DNA of 64,000 nucleotides, from assembly GCA_963666565.1 (NCBI GenBank), contig OY762911.1, positions 4,544,001 through 4,608,000 of the forward strand, read 5' to 3'. The translations under genes were made by a program, and so were the position numbers. The DNA is from Thermoanaerobaculia bacterium (GTDB lineage Bacteria; Acidobacteriota; Thermoanaerobaculia; Multivoradales; Multivoraceae). Below are positions 28,324-38,276 of the stretch, in pieces (position 1 is the first letter of the stretch; each line of letters starts with the position of its first letter). A model generated the notes under the pieces. That model was not told the DNA's origin and searched no databases. It saw nothing but the letters and a program-made list of their open reading frames with translations.

Positions 28324-29712
28324 TCAACCGGACCCTTGCGGCGCCGCCACGCCCCGCGGCGCCAGCGCCCAGTAGCGCCCCCGGTGCGCCATGCGGCCGG
28401 CGATCGACTTGGCGCGCTCGCCCGAGCCCCAGTAGACGTCGCCGCGCACCGAACCGCGAATCGCGCCACCCGTGTCCTGGGCGACCAGCAGCCACTGCCG
28501 GCGCTCGTCCGGCGCCTCCGGCTCCGCGGCCGGGACCATCGCGTCAAGCCAGACGGGCACGCCGAGCGGGATGTGCTGCCGGTCCACCGCCAGCGAGCGC
28601 TCCGTCGTCAACGGCACCCCCTGCGCCCCCACCGGCCCCTCGCCCCGGATCTCGCGGAAGAAGACGTAGGACGGGTTCGTCTCCATCACCTCGCCGGCGC
28701 GCTCCGGGTTCGCGCGCAACCAGGCGTCGATCGACTGGAGCGAAACCTCGGCCAGTTCCATCACGCCCAAGTCGATCAGGGTGCGGCCGATCGCGTGGTA
28801 GGAGTGGCCGTTCTGGGCCGCGTAGCCGACGCGCAGAACCGTCCCGTCGTCGAGCTCGATGCGGCCCGAACCCTGGATGTGGAGAAAGAACGCGTCGATG
28901 GCGTCGTCGACCCAGACGATCTCCAGCCCCCGGCCGGCGAGCGAACCGGCGGAGATCGCCTGCCGGTCGTCGTAGACGTCGAGGCTGCCGCCGCGCACGC
29001 GGCCGGCGACGCGGCGACCCCGCAGGTCGTCGCGGAAGCGGCCGAGATCGACCATGACGAGATCGGAGGGGTGGGTGTAGAGCGGCACGTCGTAGCGCTC
29101 GCTGCGGCGCCTGCTGCCGCGAAGATGCGGCTCGAAGTAGCCGGTGAACAGGCCGAGCCGCCCGAGCCAGCCGGAGGCGTCCCCGGGTCGGCCGCCGGCC
29201 TCGCCCGCGTCCGCCCGGGACACCGGTACCGCCACGAGTTCGCGTTCGACGAGCGCTCGCACGGAGGGGCTGTCGGCATCGACGACCATCCTGCGCGCCG
29301 CCCCGTCCTCGCCAGCCGGCGCAGCCAGATCGTCCAGCGCGTCGCAGAAGGGCCGCCAGTCGCCCAGCGTGCCGCCCAGCTCGACCGGCTTCAGCGGCCG
29401 GTCAGCGGGCTGCGCCAGCAATCGGCCGCAACTGCGCAGCATCGCCGGCAGCGCCTCCTCCACCCGGTCGCCGGCCCAGCCCGGCAACGAGGCGACCTCG
29501 ACCGGCGCGCCGTAAACCTCGACCGACGGCCCGTCGACCGCCGACGGCGCGTCGGGCGCAAGCCCCGCCGTCAACCAGCCGGCGACCCGCTCCGGGCCAA
29601 CGGCCAGCACCGTCGCTACGAGCGCCCAGCCGAAGAGCAGGAACCGGCCAGCCCTCGAACCCCGCCGCGACGCCGTTCCGGGAGATTCTCCTCGTGCCGT
29701 CCGCGGCGCCAT
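28324..29712 (-). CDS. mltA: Membrane-bound lytic murein transglycosylase A
   Basis: FTGYFEP, FFLHIQGSG, NPSYVFF, SLAVD and AQDTGGAIRG-RGD-YWG. Confidence 0.92.
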   Translation of the reverse strand: MAPRTARGESPGTASRRGSRAGRFLLFGWALVATVLAVGPERVAGWLTAGLAPDAPSAVDGPSVEVYGAPVEVASLPGWAGDRVEEALPAMLRSCGRLLAQPADRPLKPVELGGTLGDWRPFCDALDDLAAPAGEDGAARRMVVDADSPSVRALVERELVAVPVSRADAGEAGGRPGDASGWLGRLGLFTGYFEPHLRGSRRRSERYDVPLYTHPSDLVMVDLGRFRDDLRGRRVAGRVRGGSLDVYDDRQAISAGSLAGRGLEIVWVDDAIDAFFLHIQGSGRIELDDGTVLRVGYAAQNGHSYHAIGRTLIDLGVMELAEVSLQSIDAWLRANPERAGEVMETNPSYVFFREIRGEGPVGAQGVPLTTERSLAVDRQHIPLGVPVWLDAMVPAAEPEAPDERRQWLLVAQDTGGAIRGSVRGDVYWGSGERAKSIAGRMAHRGRYWALAPRGVAAPQGSG

Positions 29713-29742
29713 GCCCTGCGGATCGTAGCAGCCAACCTCCCC

Positions 29743-29891
29743 GGTGCGCGGGTCTTCTGACCCGCCGCCGCCGAAGGCGGCCAGGAAACGCACCGGCCGC
29801 AGACCCGCGCCGCTCCACGGTGCGCGGGTCTTCCGACCCGCTGCCGCCGAAGGCGGCCAGGAAACACGCCGGCCGCAAGGTCGGCGCCGCT
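29743..29891 (+). repeat. Two tandem REP-like units (76-bp period)
   Basis: Units start at 29743 and 29819, each GGTGCGCGGGTCTTC(T/C)GACCCGC..GCCGCCGAAGGCGGCCAGGAAAC... Confidence 0.88.
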
Positions 29892-29928
29892 CCCCGCCGG
29901 GACACCCGCACGGTTACGCTTCCCGGCG

Positions 29929-31134
29929 ATGACCGGACGTCCCCTCCGCTGGCTGTTCTTCTACGACTGCATCTACCCCGAGTCCCTCGGCGGCGTGGAA
30001 CACCGGAACCACGAACTCGCCCGCGAACTGGGCCGGCTCGGGCACGAGGTCGTCCTTTCGGGCTGGGCCGAGTCGCCGGCCGAGCCCCACCCCAACGTCC
30101 GCGTGGCGCCGGTGGCGAAGGCGAGCCGCCGCTACCGCGAGCGCGGACGGCGTTCCGGGATCGAAGCGTTGACCCTGGCATCCCAGGTGCGGCGGATACC
30201 GCTCGACGGCGTCGACATCGTCGAGACCGCGAACATCCCGTATCTGCACTTGCCGCTGCTGGCCCGCCGCTGCCGGCGGCGGCGCATCCCGCTGCTCGTC
30301 ACCTGGCACGAGCACTGGGGGCACTACTGGCGCGAGCACCGGCCGCCGGGGCGGTTCGACCCCGGCATGTGGCGGTTCTACGCTCTCTGCGAACGCCTCT
30401 CGCTGCGCTACGGCAGCCAGGCGGTGGCGGTCAGCAGGCTCACCGCCGATCGGGTCGCCGGCGTGCGCGGCGAAGCGGTCGACGTCGTCCCCAACGGCGT
30501 TCCCTTCCAACGGATCCGCGAACTCGCCGCCGAACCGGACCCCCAGGCGCCGCCGCTCGTCTACGCAGGCCGGTTGATCCCGGAGAAGCGCGTCGACCTG
30601 CTGATCGACGCCGTCGCCAGACTGGCGGCCACCGAGACCGGCCGCCGGCTGGTTGCCGAGCGGGGCGCCCTGGCGCGCATCGTCGGCGACGGTCCGGCGG
30701 CCCCCCGACTTCGCGCACTGACCGACGGCTGCGGCGTGGGCGGCGTCGTCGACTTCGCGGGTCGGCTACCCCGCAACGAGGACGTCTGGCGTGCCGTCGC
30801 CGGCGCCGACCTTGCGGTCCAACCCTCCGCGCGCGAGGGCTTCGGGCTCTTCCCGCTGGAGGCGATGGCCGCCGGCGTGCCGGTGGTCCACTGCCGCTCG
30901 CCGAACAGCGCCGTGTCCGAACTCGTCCGCGACGGCCGGGAGGGCTGGGCGGTGGACGCCGACGCGGGACAGCTCGCGCGCCTGCTGGAACGGCTGCTCG
31001 CCGCGCCGGCCGAACTCGCCGCCGCTTCGCGTGCCGCGGTAGAGCGCGCCGCCGGCTACGACTGGCGCCAAGTCGCCGACCGGGTGATCGAGACCGGAAC
31101 CGAGTTGCTGCGCCGCGAGCGGTCCGTGGACTGA
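29929..31134 (+). CDS. GT4 family glycosyltransferase
   Basis: GGVE, VPNGV, YAGRLIPEKRVD and REGFGLFPLEAMAAGVPVV. Confidence 0.92.
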   Translation: MTGRPLRWLFFYDCIYPESLGGVEHRNHELARELGRLGHEVVLSGWAESPAEPHPNVRVAPVAKASRRYRERGRRSGIEALTLASQVRRIPLDGVDIVETANIPYLHLPLLARRCRRRRIPLLVTWHEHWGHYWREHRPPGRFDPGMWRFYALCERLSLRYGSQAVAVSRLTADRVAGVRGEAVDVVPNGVPFQRIRELAAEPDPQAPPLVYAGRLIPEKRVDLLIDAVARLAATETGRRLVAERGALARIVGDGPAAPRLRALTDGCGVGGVVDFAGRLPRNEDVWRAVAGADLAVQPSAREGFGLFPLEAMAAGVPVVHCRSPNSAVSELVRDGREGWAVDADAGQLARLLERLLAAPAELAAASRAAVERAAGYDWRQVADRVIETGTELLRRERSVD

Positions 31135-31310
31135 AAGCAGCTTCACAGGATCCGGAACGCCACGATCCCGCGCTTCCGGGACACGGGTTGGCGCGGTTTC
31201 CCGCCTGCCGGCCGCATCGAAACGACGATCTCCGGCGCTTCGGATTCCTCGAAGCGGCCGGCCCTGGCCCGGGGCCCGGCCCGACGGGCTGCTGTAAGGT
31301 CTCCGCCGTC

Positions 31311-31703
31311 GTGGGAACCGTGCTGCAGGCCGAGATCTCGGCGGGCGAACTGATCGACAAGATCACGATCCTCGAGATCAAGGCCGAGCGGGTCGCCGAC
31401 CCGGACAAGCTCGCGAACGTCCACCGGGAACTGCGGAGCCTGGCCGCGACCCGCGAGGACGCGCTGACGACCTCGAAGGAACTCGACGACCTGACGGCCG
31501 AACTCCGCCGGATCAACGAACGTCTCTGGGAGATCGAAGACGACATCCGCGACTGCGAGCGGAACCGCGACTTCGGCGAGCGCTTCATCGAACTCGCGCG
31601 GGCCGTCTACCGGACGAACGACCGCCGCGCCGCCGCGAAGCGCAGCATCAACGAGCTGCTGGGCTCCGAACTCATCGAAGAGAAGGACTACGCCGCCTAC
31701 TGA
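31311..31703 (+). CDS. DUF6165-like protein
   Basis: ISAGELIDKITILEIK...LWEIEDDIR...ARAVYRTNDRRAAAKRSIN...EEKDY; GTG start at 31311 or 31320. Confidence 0.8.
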   Translation: MGTVLQAEISAGELIDKITILEIKAERVADPDKLANVHRELRSLAATREDALTTSKELDDLTAELRRINERLWEIEDDIRDCERNRDFGERFIELARAVYRTNDRRAAAKRSINELLGSELIEEKDYAAY

Positions 31704-31717
31704 CCGGCCGCCTCCTG

Positions 31718-31764
31718 GGTGCGCGGACCTCCGATCCGCTGGGTGCGCGGGTCTTCTGACCCGC
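31718..31764 (+). repeat. Two short REP-like cores, one degenerate
   Basis: GGTGCGCGGACCTCCGATCCGC followed by GGTGCGCGGGTCTTCTGACCCGC. Confidence 0.75.
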
Positions 31765-31788
31765 ATCGAGCGGCCCGCGTCCTCTCCC

Positions 31789-32229
31789 CTACCAGACCCC
31801 CTCGTTCGGCATCGAAGCCCACGGCTCCTCGACCGGGAGGGCGCCGCCCGCCTGCAGCAACTCGATGGAAATCCCGTCCGGCGACCGGATGAACGCCATC
31901 CGCCCGTCCCGCGGCGGCCGGTTGATCACAACGCCCTGCTCCTGGAGCGAGCGACAGGTGCCGTAGATGTCGTCCACCTCGAACGCCAGGTGACCGAAGT
32001 TCCGGCCGCCCGTGTAGTCCTCGGGGTCCCAGTTGTACGTCAGCTCGAGCAGCGGCGCCGTCCGGTCCCGCGCAAGCTCGACATCCGAAGGCGCGGCAAG
32101 GAACACGAGCGTGAACCGCCCCTGCTCGCTGTCGAACCGGCGCATCTCGACCATGCCCAGCTTGCCGCAGTAGAACTCGAGCGCCTCCTCCAGGCTCGCG
32201 ACGCGGACCATCGTGTGCAGGTACTTCAC
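31789..32229 (-). CDS. gloA: Lactoylglutathione lyase (glyoxalase I)
   Basis: [22 protein letters not shown] and [11 protein letters not shown]. Confidence 0.9.
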   Translation of the reverse strand: MKYLHTMVRVASLEEALEFYCGKLGMVEMRRFDSEQGRFTLVFLAAPSDVELARDRTAPLLELTYNWDPEDYTGGRNFGHLAFEVDDIYGTCRSLQEQGVVINRPPRDGRMAFIRSPDGISIELLQAGGALPVEEPWASMPNEGVW

Positions 32230-32276
32230 CCTTTCCTCCTTCTCTGCCCGCCGGGCCGATCCGGTAGCTTAGCCCC

Positions 32277-33440
32277 GTGCGGATCAGGCAGGCAGTGAAC
32301 CGGGTGATCGACTCGCCGATCACCCAGGTCGGACGGTGGAAGGAAGAGGCCGCGCCGGACCTCCCCCTGATCGACGTCTCCCAGGCCGCGCCGACCTATC
32401 CGCCCGCCCAGGAACTGCGCGACCACATCGCCGCCGTCGCCCAGAGCCCGGCCACGGCGACCTACACCGACCAGCAGGGGATCTTCCCGCTCCGCGAGGC
32501 CCTCGCCCGCGCCCTGACCGCAGACTACGACGCCCCGGTCGCCGTCGAGCAGGTCGCCGTCACCGCCGGCTGCAACCAGGCGTTCTGCCTCGCGATGATG
32601 GCGCTGACCGACCCCGGCGACGAGGTCATTCTGCCGCTCCCGTCCTACTTCAACCACGACATGTGGCTGCGCTCCCAGGACGTCGCTCCCGTCTACCTGC
32701 AGCCGGACCTCGACATGCTCCCGGACCCCGCCGCCGCAGCGGCCGCCCTGACCGACAGAACCCGCGCCATCGTCCTGGTGACGCCGAACAACCCGACCGG
32801 CGCCGTCTACCCGCCGGAACTCCTGGTTCGCTTCTTCGAACTCGCCCGCGACCGCGGCCTGGCGCTCGTCGTGGACGAGACCTACCGCGAGTTCCGCGAC
32901 GACTCCAACCCGCCGCACCGCCTCTTCGCCCGCTCCGACTGGAGCGGCACCCTGATCCACCTGTACAGCTTCTCCAAGGCCTATTGCATGGCCGGCTACC
33001 GCATCGGCGTCATGGCCGCCGACCCCGCCCTGCTCCGCGAGACCCTCAAGATCGCCGACTGCGTCGCCCTCTGCCCGTCCCACATCGGCCAGTTGGCGGC
33101 CCGTTTCTGCCTGGAGCGCCTCGACGACTGGAAGCGCGAGTACCGCCGCACCGTCCGCGACCGCGTCGCCTACGCCGCCCGCCGCCTCCGCGAAGCCGAC
33201 ACCGGCTTCGAAGTCGTCTCCTCCGGCGGCTACTTCGTCTACCTCCGCCACCCCTTCGCCGACCGCTCCTCCGCCTCCGTCGGCCGCACCCTCGCCCACG
33301 ACCACGGCATCCTCTGCCTTGCCGGCTCCATGTTCGGCCCCGGCCAGGACCGCTACCTCCGCCTCGCCTTCGCCAACGTGGACCTGCCGGCCATCGACGA
33401 ACTCGTCGAGCGGCTCAAGAGCCTGGGCAGGACCAGCTAG
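32277..33440 (+). CDS. Class I/II PLP-dependent aminotransferase
   Basis: TAGCNQA, TPNNPTG, DETY and SFSKAYCMAGYRIG. Confidence 0.92.
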   Translation: MRIRQAVNRVIDSPITQVGRWKEEAAPDLPLIDVSQAAPTYPPAQELRDHIAAVAQSPATATYTDQQGIFPLREALARALTADYDAPVAVEQVAVTAGCNQAFCLAMMALTDPGDEVILPLPSYFNHDMWLRSQDVAPVYLQPDLDMLPDPAAAAAALTDRTRAIVLVTPNNPTGAVYPPELLVRFFELARDRGLALVVDETYREFRDDSNPPHRLFARSDWSGTLIHLYSFSKAYCMAGYRIGVMAADPALLRETLKIADCVALCPSHIGQLAARFCLERLDDWKREYRRTVRDRVAYAARRLREADTGFEVVSSGGYFVYLRHPFADRSSASVGRTLAHDHGILCLAGSMFGPGQDRYLRLAFANVDLPAIDELVERLKSLGRTS

Positions 33441-33544
33441 TGGCTCCGCGGCGAAGCTGACAGCGAAGACTCGAGGCTGGCCCTCCCGACGACACCCACC
33501 TGTGTAGCCGCGCCTCCGGCAGCCCTGAATGTTTGGCCAGAGAG

Positions 33545-33560
33545 TGATTGCATGCAATCA
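33545..33560. promoter_or_regulatory. Perfect palindrome, probable FitA-type operator
   Basis: TGATTGCATGCAATCA, 38 nt upstream of the antitoxin ATG. Half-sites resemble the Neisseria FitA site TGCTATCA/TGATAGCA. Confidence 0.65.
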
Positions 33561-33598
33561 TCTCTCGAACGTGGGCGCACTACGCAGGAGACAACCCC

Positions 33599-33838
33599 AT
33601 GGCCAGTATCACGATCCGCAATCTGTCCCAGGAATCCAAGGAACGGCTCCGGCAACGCGCGGCACGACGGGGATGCAGCCTTGAAGCCCTGGTGCGGTCG
33701 ATCCTGGACAGCGCGGCCGAAGAGACCGTCGTCTCGACCGGGTTTCCCCATGACCTCATCGCGGTCGTCGAACCGGGCGAGGACATCGAGCCGCTCCTTC
33801 GGGATCACGACCAACCGCAACCCCCGTTGAACCTGTAG
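33599..33838 (+). CDS. fitA: FitA-like ribbon-helix-helix antitoxin
   Basis: MASITIRNLSQESKERLRQRAARRGCSLEALVRSIL; RBS AGGAG. Confidence 0.85.
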   Translation: MASITIRNLSQESKERLRQRAARRGCSLEALVRSILDSAAEETVVSTGFPHDLIAVVEPGEDIEPLLRDHDQPQPPLNL

Positions 33839-34248
33839 TGATCCTCCTCGACACGAACGTCCTGTCGGAGTTGACCAAGCCGAGACCCTCGCCCCAGGTT
33901 GTCGCCTGGCTCGAAGCGAACGAGCCTCTGCTGGCGGTCCCGGCGATCACCCTTGCCGAGTTGCGCTACGGGATTGCGCGGTTGCCGAACGGCCAGAGGC
34001 GGTCGAGCCTGTTTCGGTTCTGGCGCACGACGTGCGACCGCTTTCGAGGCCGCATCTTCTCGTTCGACGAGCGTGCGGCCGAAGTCTACGGGGACGTGGC
34101 GGCCCAAGCCGAGCGGAACGGCAGGCGGCTGAACATCGCTGACGGACAGATCGCGGCCATTGCGCTTGTGCATGGCATGCAGGTTGCCACGCGCGACACA
34201 GGCGGCTTCGAGGCATCCGGCGCAGAACTCATCAACCCCTGGGACTGA
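33838..34248 (+). CDS. vapC: VapC/FitB PIN-domain toxin
   Basis: MILLDTNVLSE, ITLAELRYG, ADGQIAAIA, VATRD and INPW. Confidence 0.93.
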   Translation: MILLDTNVLSELTKPRPSPQVVAWLEANEPLLAVPAITLAELRYGIARLPNGQRRSSLFRFWRTTCDRFRGRIFSFDERAAEVYGDVAAQAERNGRRLNIADGQIAAIALVHGMQVATRDTGGFEASGAELINPWD

Positions 34249-34271
34249 AGGCAGGCGGCATGGCGGCAGAG

Positions 34272-34373
34272 CTACTGCCAGAAGTTGTGGATCCGGTGAT
34301 GTAGGTCAGGCGGCGTATCCACGGCCGCCGCGAAGGCGGCGATCAGGGCGAAGGACGGTAGGCGTACTTTCAT
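34272..34373 (-). CDS. 33-aa small ORF or gene remnant
   Basis: Strong RBS AAGGAG; MKVRLPSFALIAAFAAAVDTPPDLHHRIHNFWQ; signal-peptide-like N-terminus. Confidence 0.4.
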   Translation of the reverse strand: MKVRLPSFALIAAFAAAVDTPPDLHHRIHNFWQ

Positions 34374-34460
34374 TCCGAACTCCTTGAGAGTCGAGTGTCG
34401 CCGACGGAGTATAGGAACAGCGCCGCGAGGCGGCTCCCGTTAGAGAACGCGACTTCGCCA

Positions 34461-34636
34461 GCCCGCTGAGGGTCGGAGGAGAGGGTCCCAGCGAGGCTGT
34501 CGGCAAGCGACGCCCGGCGCCTTCGCGCAGACCGACGCCGAACCGGAGCGCAGCCGACCGCAGCGAGCGCCAACCTCCCCTTTACTCAGAGAGCGCGAGC
34601 GGCCGCTGTGACCCTCTCCTCCGGCCCTCGGCGGGC
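34461..34636. repeat. 33-bp imperfect inverted repeats flanking a 110-bp core (MITE-like or structured RNA)
   Basis: GCCCGCTGAGGGTCGGAGGAGAGGGTCCCAGCG (34461-34493) pairs with CGCTGTGACCCTCTCCTCCGGCCCTCGGCGGGC (34604-34636) with 3 mismatches. Confidence 0.8.
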
Positions 34637-34733
34637 GAGTACGTCCTCCGCCTTTCCTCGCTCCGTCGGCTCAGGCGAAGACGCGCGCAGCGGCACCCGT
34701 GTCGGCCAGCCTGCCGGCAGGCGGCCTGAACCG

Positions 34734-35402
34734 CTAATCCGATGCGCGGATCTCGAAGTCGACGGCGCCAGTCTCCGGATCCGCCTCGATGACGACGGAG
34801 CGGCCCTGGAACCACGGGCCGGGGTTGACGATCCGGGTCTTGCCGATCGTGTCCTCGCCGATGGACTCGTGGATGTGGCCGGAGAAGACGAGGTCCGGCT
34901 GGTGCCGCTCGATGGCCGTTCTCAGCGACTTCGAGCCGACGTGGCGTCCGTGGGCCAGGTCGCAGGCGGTGCCGAACGGCGGCTGGTGGGAGACCAGGAT
35001 GGTGGGCTGTCCCTCGACCGCGGCGGCCCGCTCGAAGGCCTCGGCCGCGACCCGCTCGTAGTCTTCCTCCGTCCGCTCGTAGGGAAGATCGTTGAAGGGA
35101 AGGCCGCCCGACAGGCCGACGAAGCGGACGCCGCCGAACGCGCGGGCGCGCCGGTCGAGGTCGATGCCGGCCTCCACGAGGTAGTCCTCCATCTCGGGCA
35201 GGTCGCAGTTGCCGCAGACCGCCAGCACCGGCACGCCGGAGTCCTGGAGCGGTTCGACGATCCGGCGGGCATCGTCCGGTCCGAGGAAGGTCGTCAGGTC
35301 CCCGGCCAGCAGCACGAGGTCGAAGCCGGACGGGTCCGGCAAGCGCGGCGGCCTCTTGCCGGACCAGTGCAGATCGACGACGCCAAGGATGCTGAGCGTC
35401 AA
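34734..35402 (-). CDS. Metallophosphoesterase
   Basis: DLH, GDLT, GNCD, SHQPP and GHIHE. Confidence 0.9.
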   Translation of the reverse strand: MTLSILGVVDLHWSGKRPPRLPDPSGFDLVLLAGDLTTFLGPDDARRIVEPLQDSGVPVLAVCGNCDLPEMEDYLVEAGIDLDRRARAFGGVRFVGLSGGLPFNDLPYERTEEDYERVAAEAFERAAAVEGQPTILVSHQPPFGTACDLAHGRHVGSKSLRTAIERHQPDLVFSGHIHESIGEDTIGKTRIVNPGPWFQGRSVVIEADPETGAVDFEIRASD

Positions 35403-35453
35403 CGCCGGACCCCCGGCCGTCCGCGACCGCTCACCGCCGCGCCCGCGCGACCG

Positions 35454-35855
35454 TCAGTGAACCAGCGACGGAGTCGCATGCGCCGACTCCTGCGGTTCGT
35501 CGTCCAGGCCGTGGGACATGACGAAGACCCACGCCGCACTGCGTTCCCGTTCCGTCTCCGTGATCAGCTCGAAGACGTGCTCGTCGTCCCGCTCGCCCTG
35601 AAGCGACTGGACGTACGCGACCCGCTCGCGGTCGATCAGGATCTCTCCCACCAGGCGCTTGCCGTAGACGAGCTGTGCGATGAGGAGGGAGTTCTCCTCC
35701 GCCACGAACTGCCAGTGGAAGTCCTCGTCGTCGCAGAGAAGGGCGTCGACCGAGCCGGCCCGGACGACGCAGTTCGGATGGAGGACGAGCCAGTTCCAGA
35801 AGGCGTCGAGATCGAGCGTGGCCCGGGAACGCTCGACCGCGGTAGGGGCAGTCAT
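35454..35855 (-). CDS. Conserved-looking hypothetical protein
   Basis: MTAPTAVERSRATLDLDAFWNWLVLHPNC...FVMSHG; coding-like codon usage and a -10 box 6 nt upstream. Confidence 0.7.
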   Translation of the reverse strand: MTAPTAVERSRATLDLDAFWNWLVLHPNCVVRAGSVDALLCDDEDFHWQFVAEENSLLIAQLVYGKRLVGEILIDRERVAYVQSLQGERDDEHVFELITETERERSAAWVFVMSHGLDDEPQESAHATPSLVH

Positions 35856-35972
35856 CGGGCAATCGTACACGCGCCACGAGCTCGCGCGGCAGAGACCGGG
35901 TGCGTCGGCGTCCCCGCCGCCGCAGGACTCACGGCGTTGCGTTCCTGCGGTGCAAGCTCCTAGACTGCGCCC

Positions 35973-36968
<996 letters not shown>

Positions 36969-36974
36969 CGCCGG

Positions 36975-38174
36975 TCACCGGGCGCCGGGCCGAAACCCCC
37001 TGCCCGCCGCCCACAGCACCACGCAACCGCACCAGGACATCACGGCCGCCAGCGCGTAGGCGTTCCGGTAGCCGCCCGCCAGATCGTGCGCCCACCCCAG
37101 CAGGAACGGCCCCAGCGCGACGCCGATGGAAGCGAACAGCGTGCTCACCGAGTAGATCCGCGCGTAGCTCCTGGCGCCGAACGCCTCGGCGAGCAGCAGC
37201 GGCTGCATCATCAGGAAGCTGCCGATCGTGAGCCCGAACGCGCTCGACGTGAACAGAAGACCCGCCGCGCCCGTGCTCGACCCCATGGCGAGCAGCGTGA
37301 ACCCCTGGAGGGTCAGCATGATCAACGCGAAGCCGCGGTACGGAATCCGCGACAGCAGGGCGCCCGAAGCGAGCCGTCCCACCACGCTCGAAGCGGCCAG
37401 CACCGACACGGCGAGGCCCGCCACGCCGGGTTCGTGGACGCTCACCAGGCGGAACTGGTGGGCGATGGCGCCGACCTGCGCCATCAGGCCGAAGAAGAAG
37501 GTGCCCGCGACGCCCGCGAAGTAGCGCGACCGGAACGCTTCCCGGGCGTCCACGCCCGGTTCCTCGCCGCCCTCGAACTCCCCCGCGCGGTCCATCTCGC
37601 CGCGCGGGTACGGAATCAGCCGCCACAGCGACACGGGCAGGATGCCGAGGACGTACGCGGCCGCCACCACCTCGGTGCCGCGCCGCAGGCCGTACTCCCC
37701 CACCACCCAGGCCGCGAACGGCGCGACCGCGATGCCGCCGACCGAGAGGCCCGTGAACACCACCGACAGTGCCAGCGCCCGCCGCCGCGCGAACCACCGC
37801 GTGACGACCGTGCTCGCGGTCAGCATGTTCGTGGCGGAGAATCCGAAGCCGAAGACGGCGAAAGCCGAGTAGACCTGAACGGTCGTCTCCACCCGGCCGA
37901 TCGCGACCAGCGCCGCGGCGCAGATCGCGACGCCGCCGGCGACCGACCAGCGGGCATCGATCCGTTCGATCAGGTTGGCGACGCCGAGACCGGCGAAACC
38001 GCTGACGGCGAAGAAGATGGTCGGGGCAAGCGAGGCCGCGAAGACGGTGAGCCCGCGCTCGCGCGTCAGCGCCTCGAGGAGCACGGACTGGTTGTAGAAG
38101 CCGAGGCCGGACGAGAACATCATCATCGCGAACAACGCCCCGACGATCTGCCAGCGAAACGAGACGGGGAGCAT
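36975..38174 (-). CDS. MFS transporter
   Basis: About 12 hydrophobic segments; WFARRRALALS; FGARSYARIYS. Confidence 0.88.
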   Translation of the reverse strand: MLPVSFRWQIVGALFAMMMFSSGLGFYNQSVLLEALTRERGLTVFAASLAPTIFFAVSGFAGLGVANLIERIDARWSVAGGVAICAAALVAIGRVETTVQVYSAFAVFGFGFSATNMLTASTVVTRWFARRRALALSVVFTGLSVGGIAVAPFAAWVVGEYGLRRGTEVVAAAYVLGILPVSLWRLIPYPRGEMDRAGEFEGGEEPGVDAREAFRSRYFAGVAGTFFFGLMAQVGAIAHQFRLVSVHEPGVAGLAVSVLAASSVVGRLASGALLSRIPYRGFALIMLTLQGFTLLAMGSSTGAAGLLFTSSAFGLTIGSFLMMQPLLLAEAFGARSYARIYSVSTLFASIGVALGPFLLGWAHDLAGGYRNAYALAAVMSWCGCVVLWAAGRGFRPGAR

Positions 38175-38276
38175 TCAACGCGCCTCGCGCAGCAACCGCA
38201 GGGGCCCGCCCGGCGCCCCGCGCCACCACTGCATCTGCCAGCGGAACGAGACGCGGAGCATTCAACGCGCCTCGCG
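38146..38276. repeat. Direct duplication of the permease/MFS gene junction (44-bp copies, 87-bp period)
   Basis: ATCTGCCAGCG(A/G)AACGAGACG(G/C)GGAGCATTCAACGCGCCTCGCG at 38146-38189 and 38233-38276. Confidence 0.9.
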
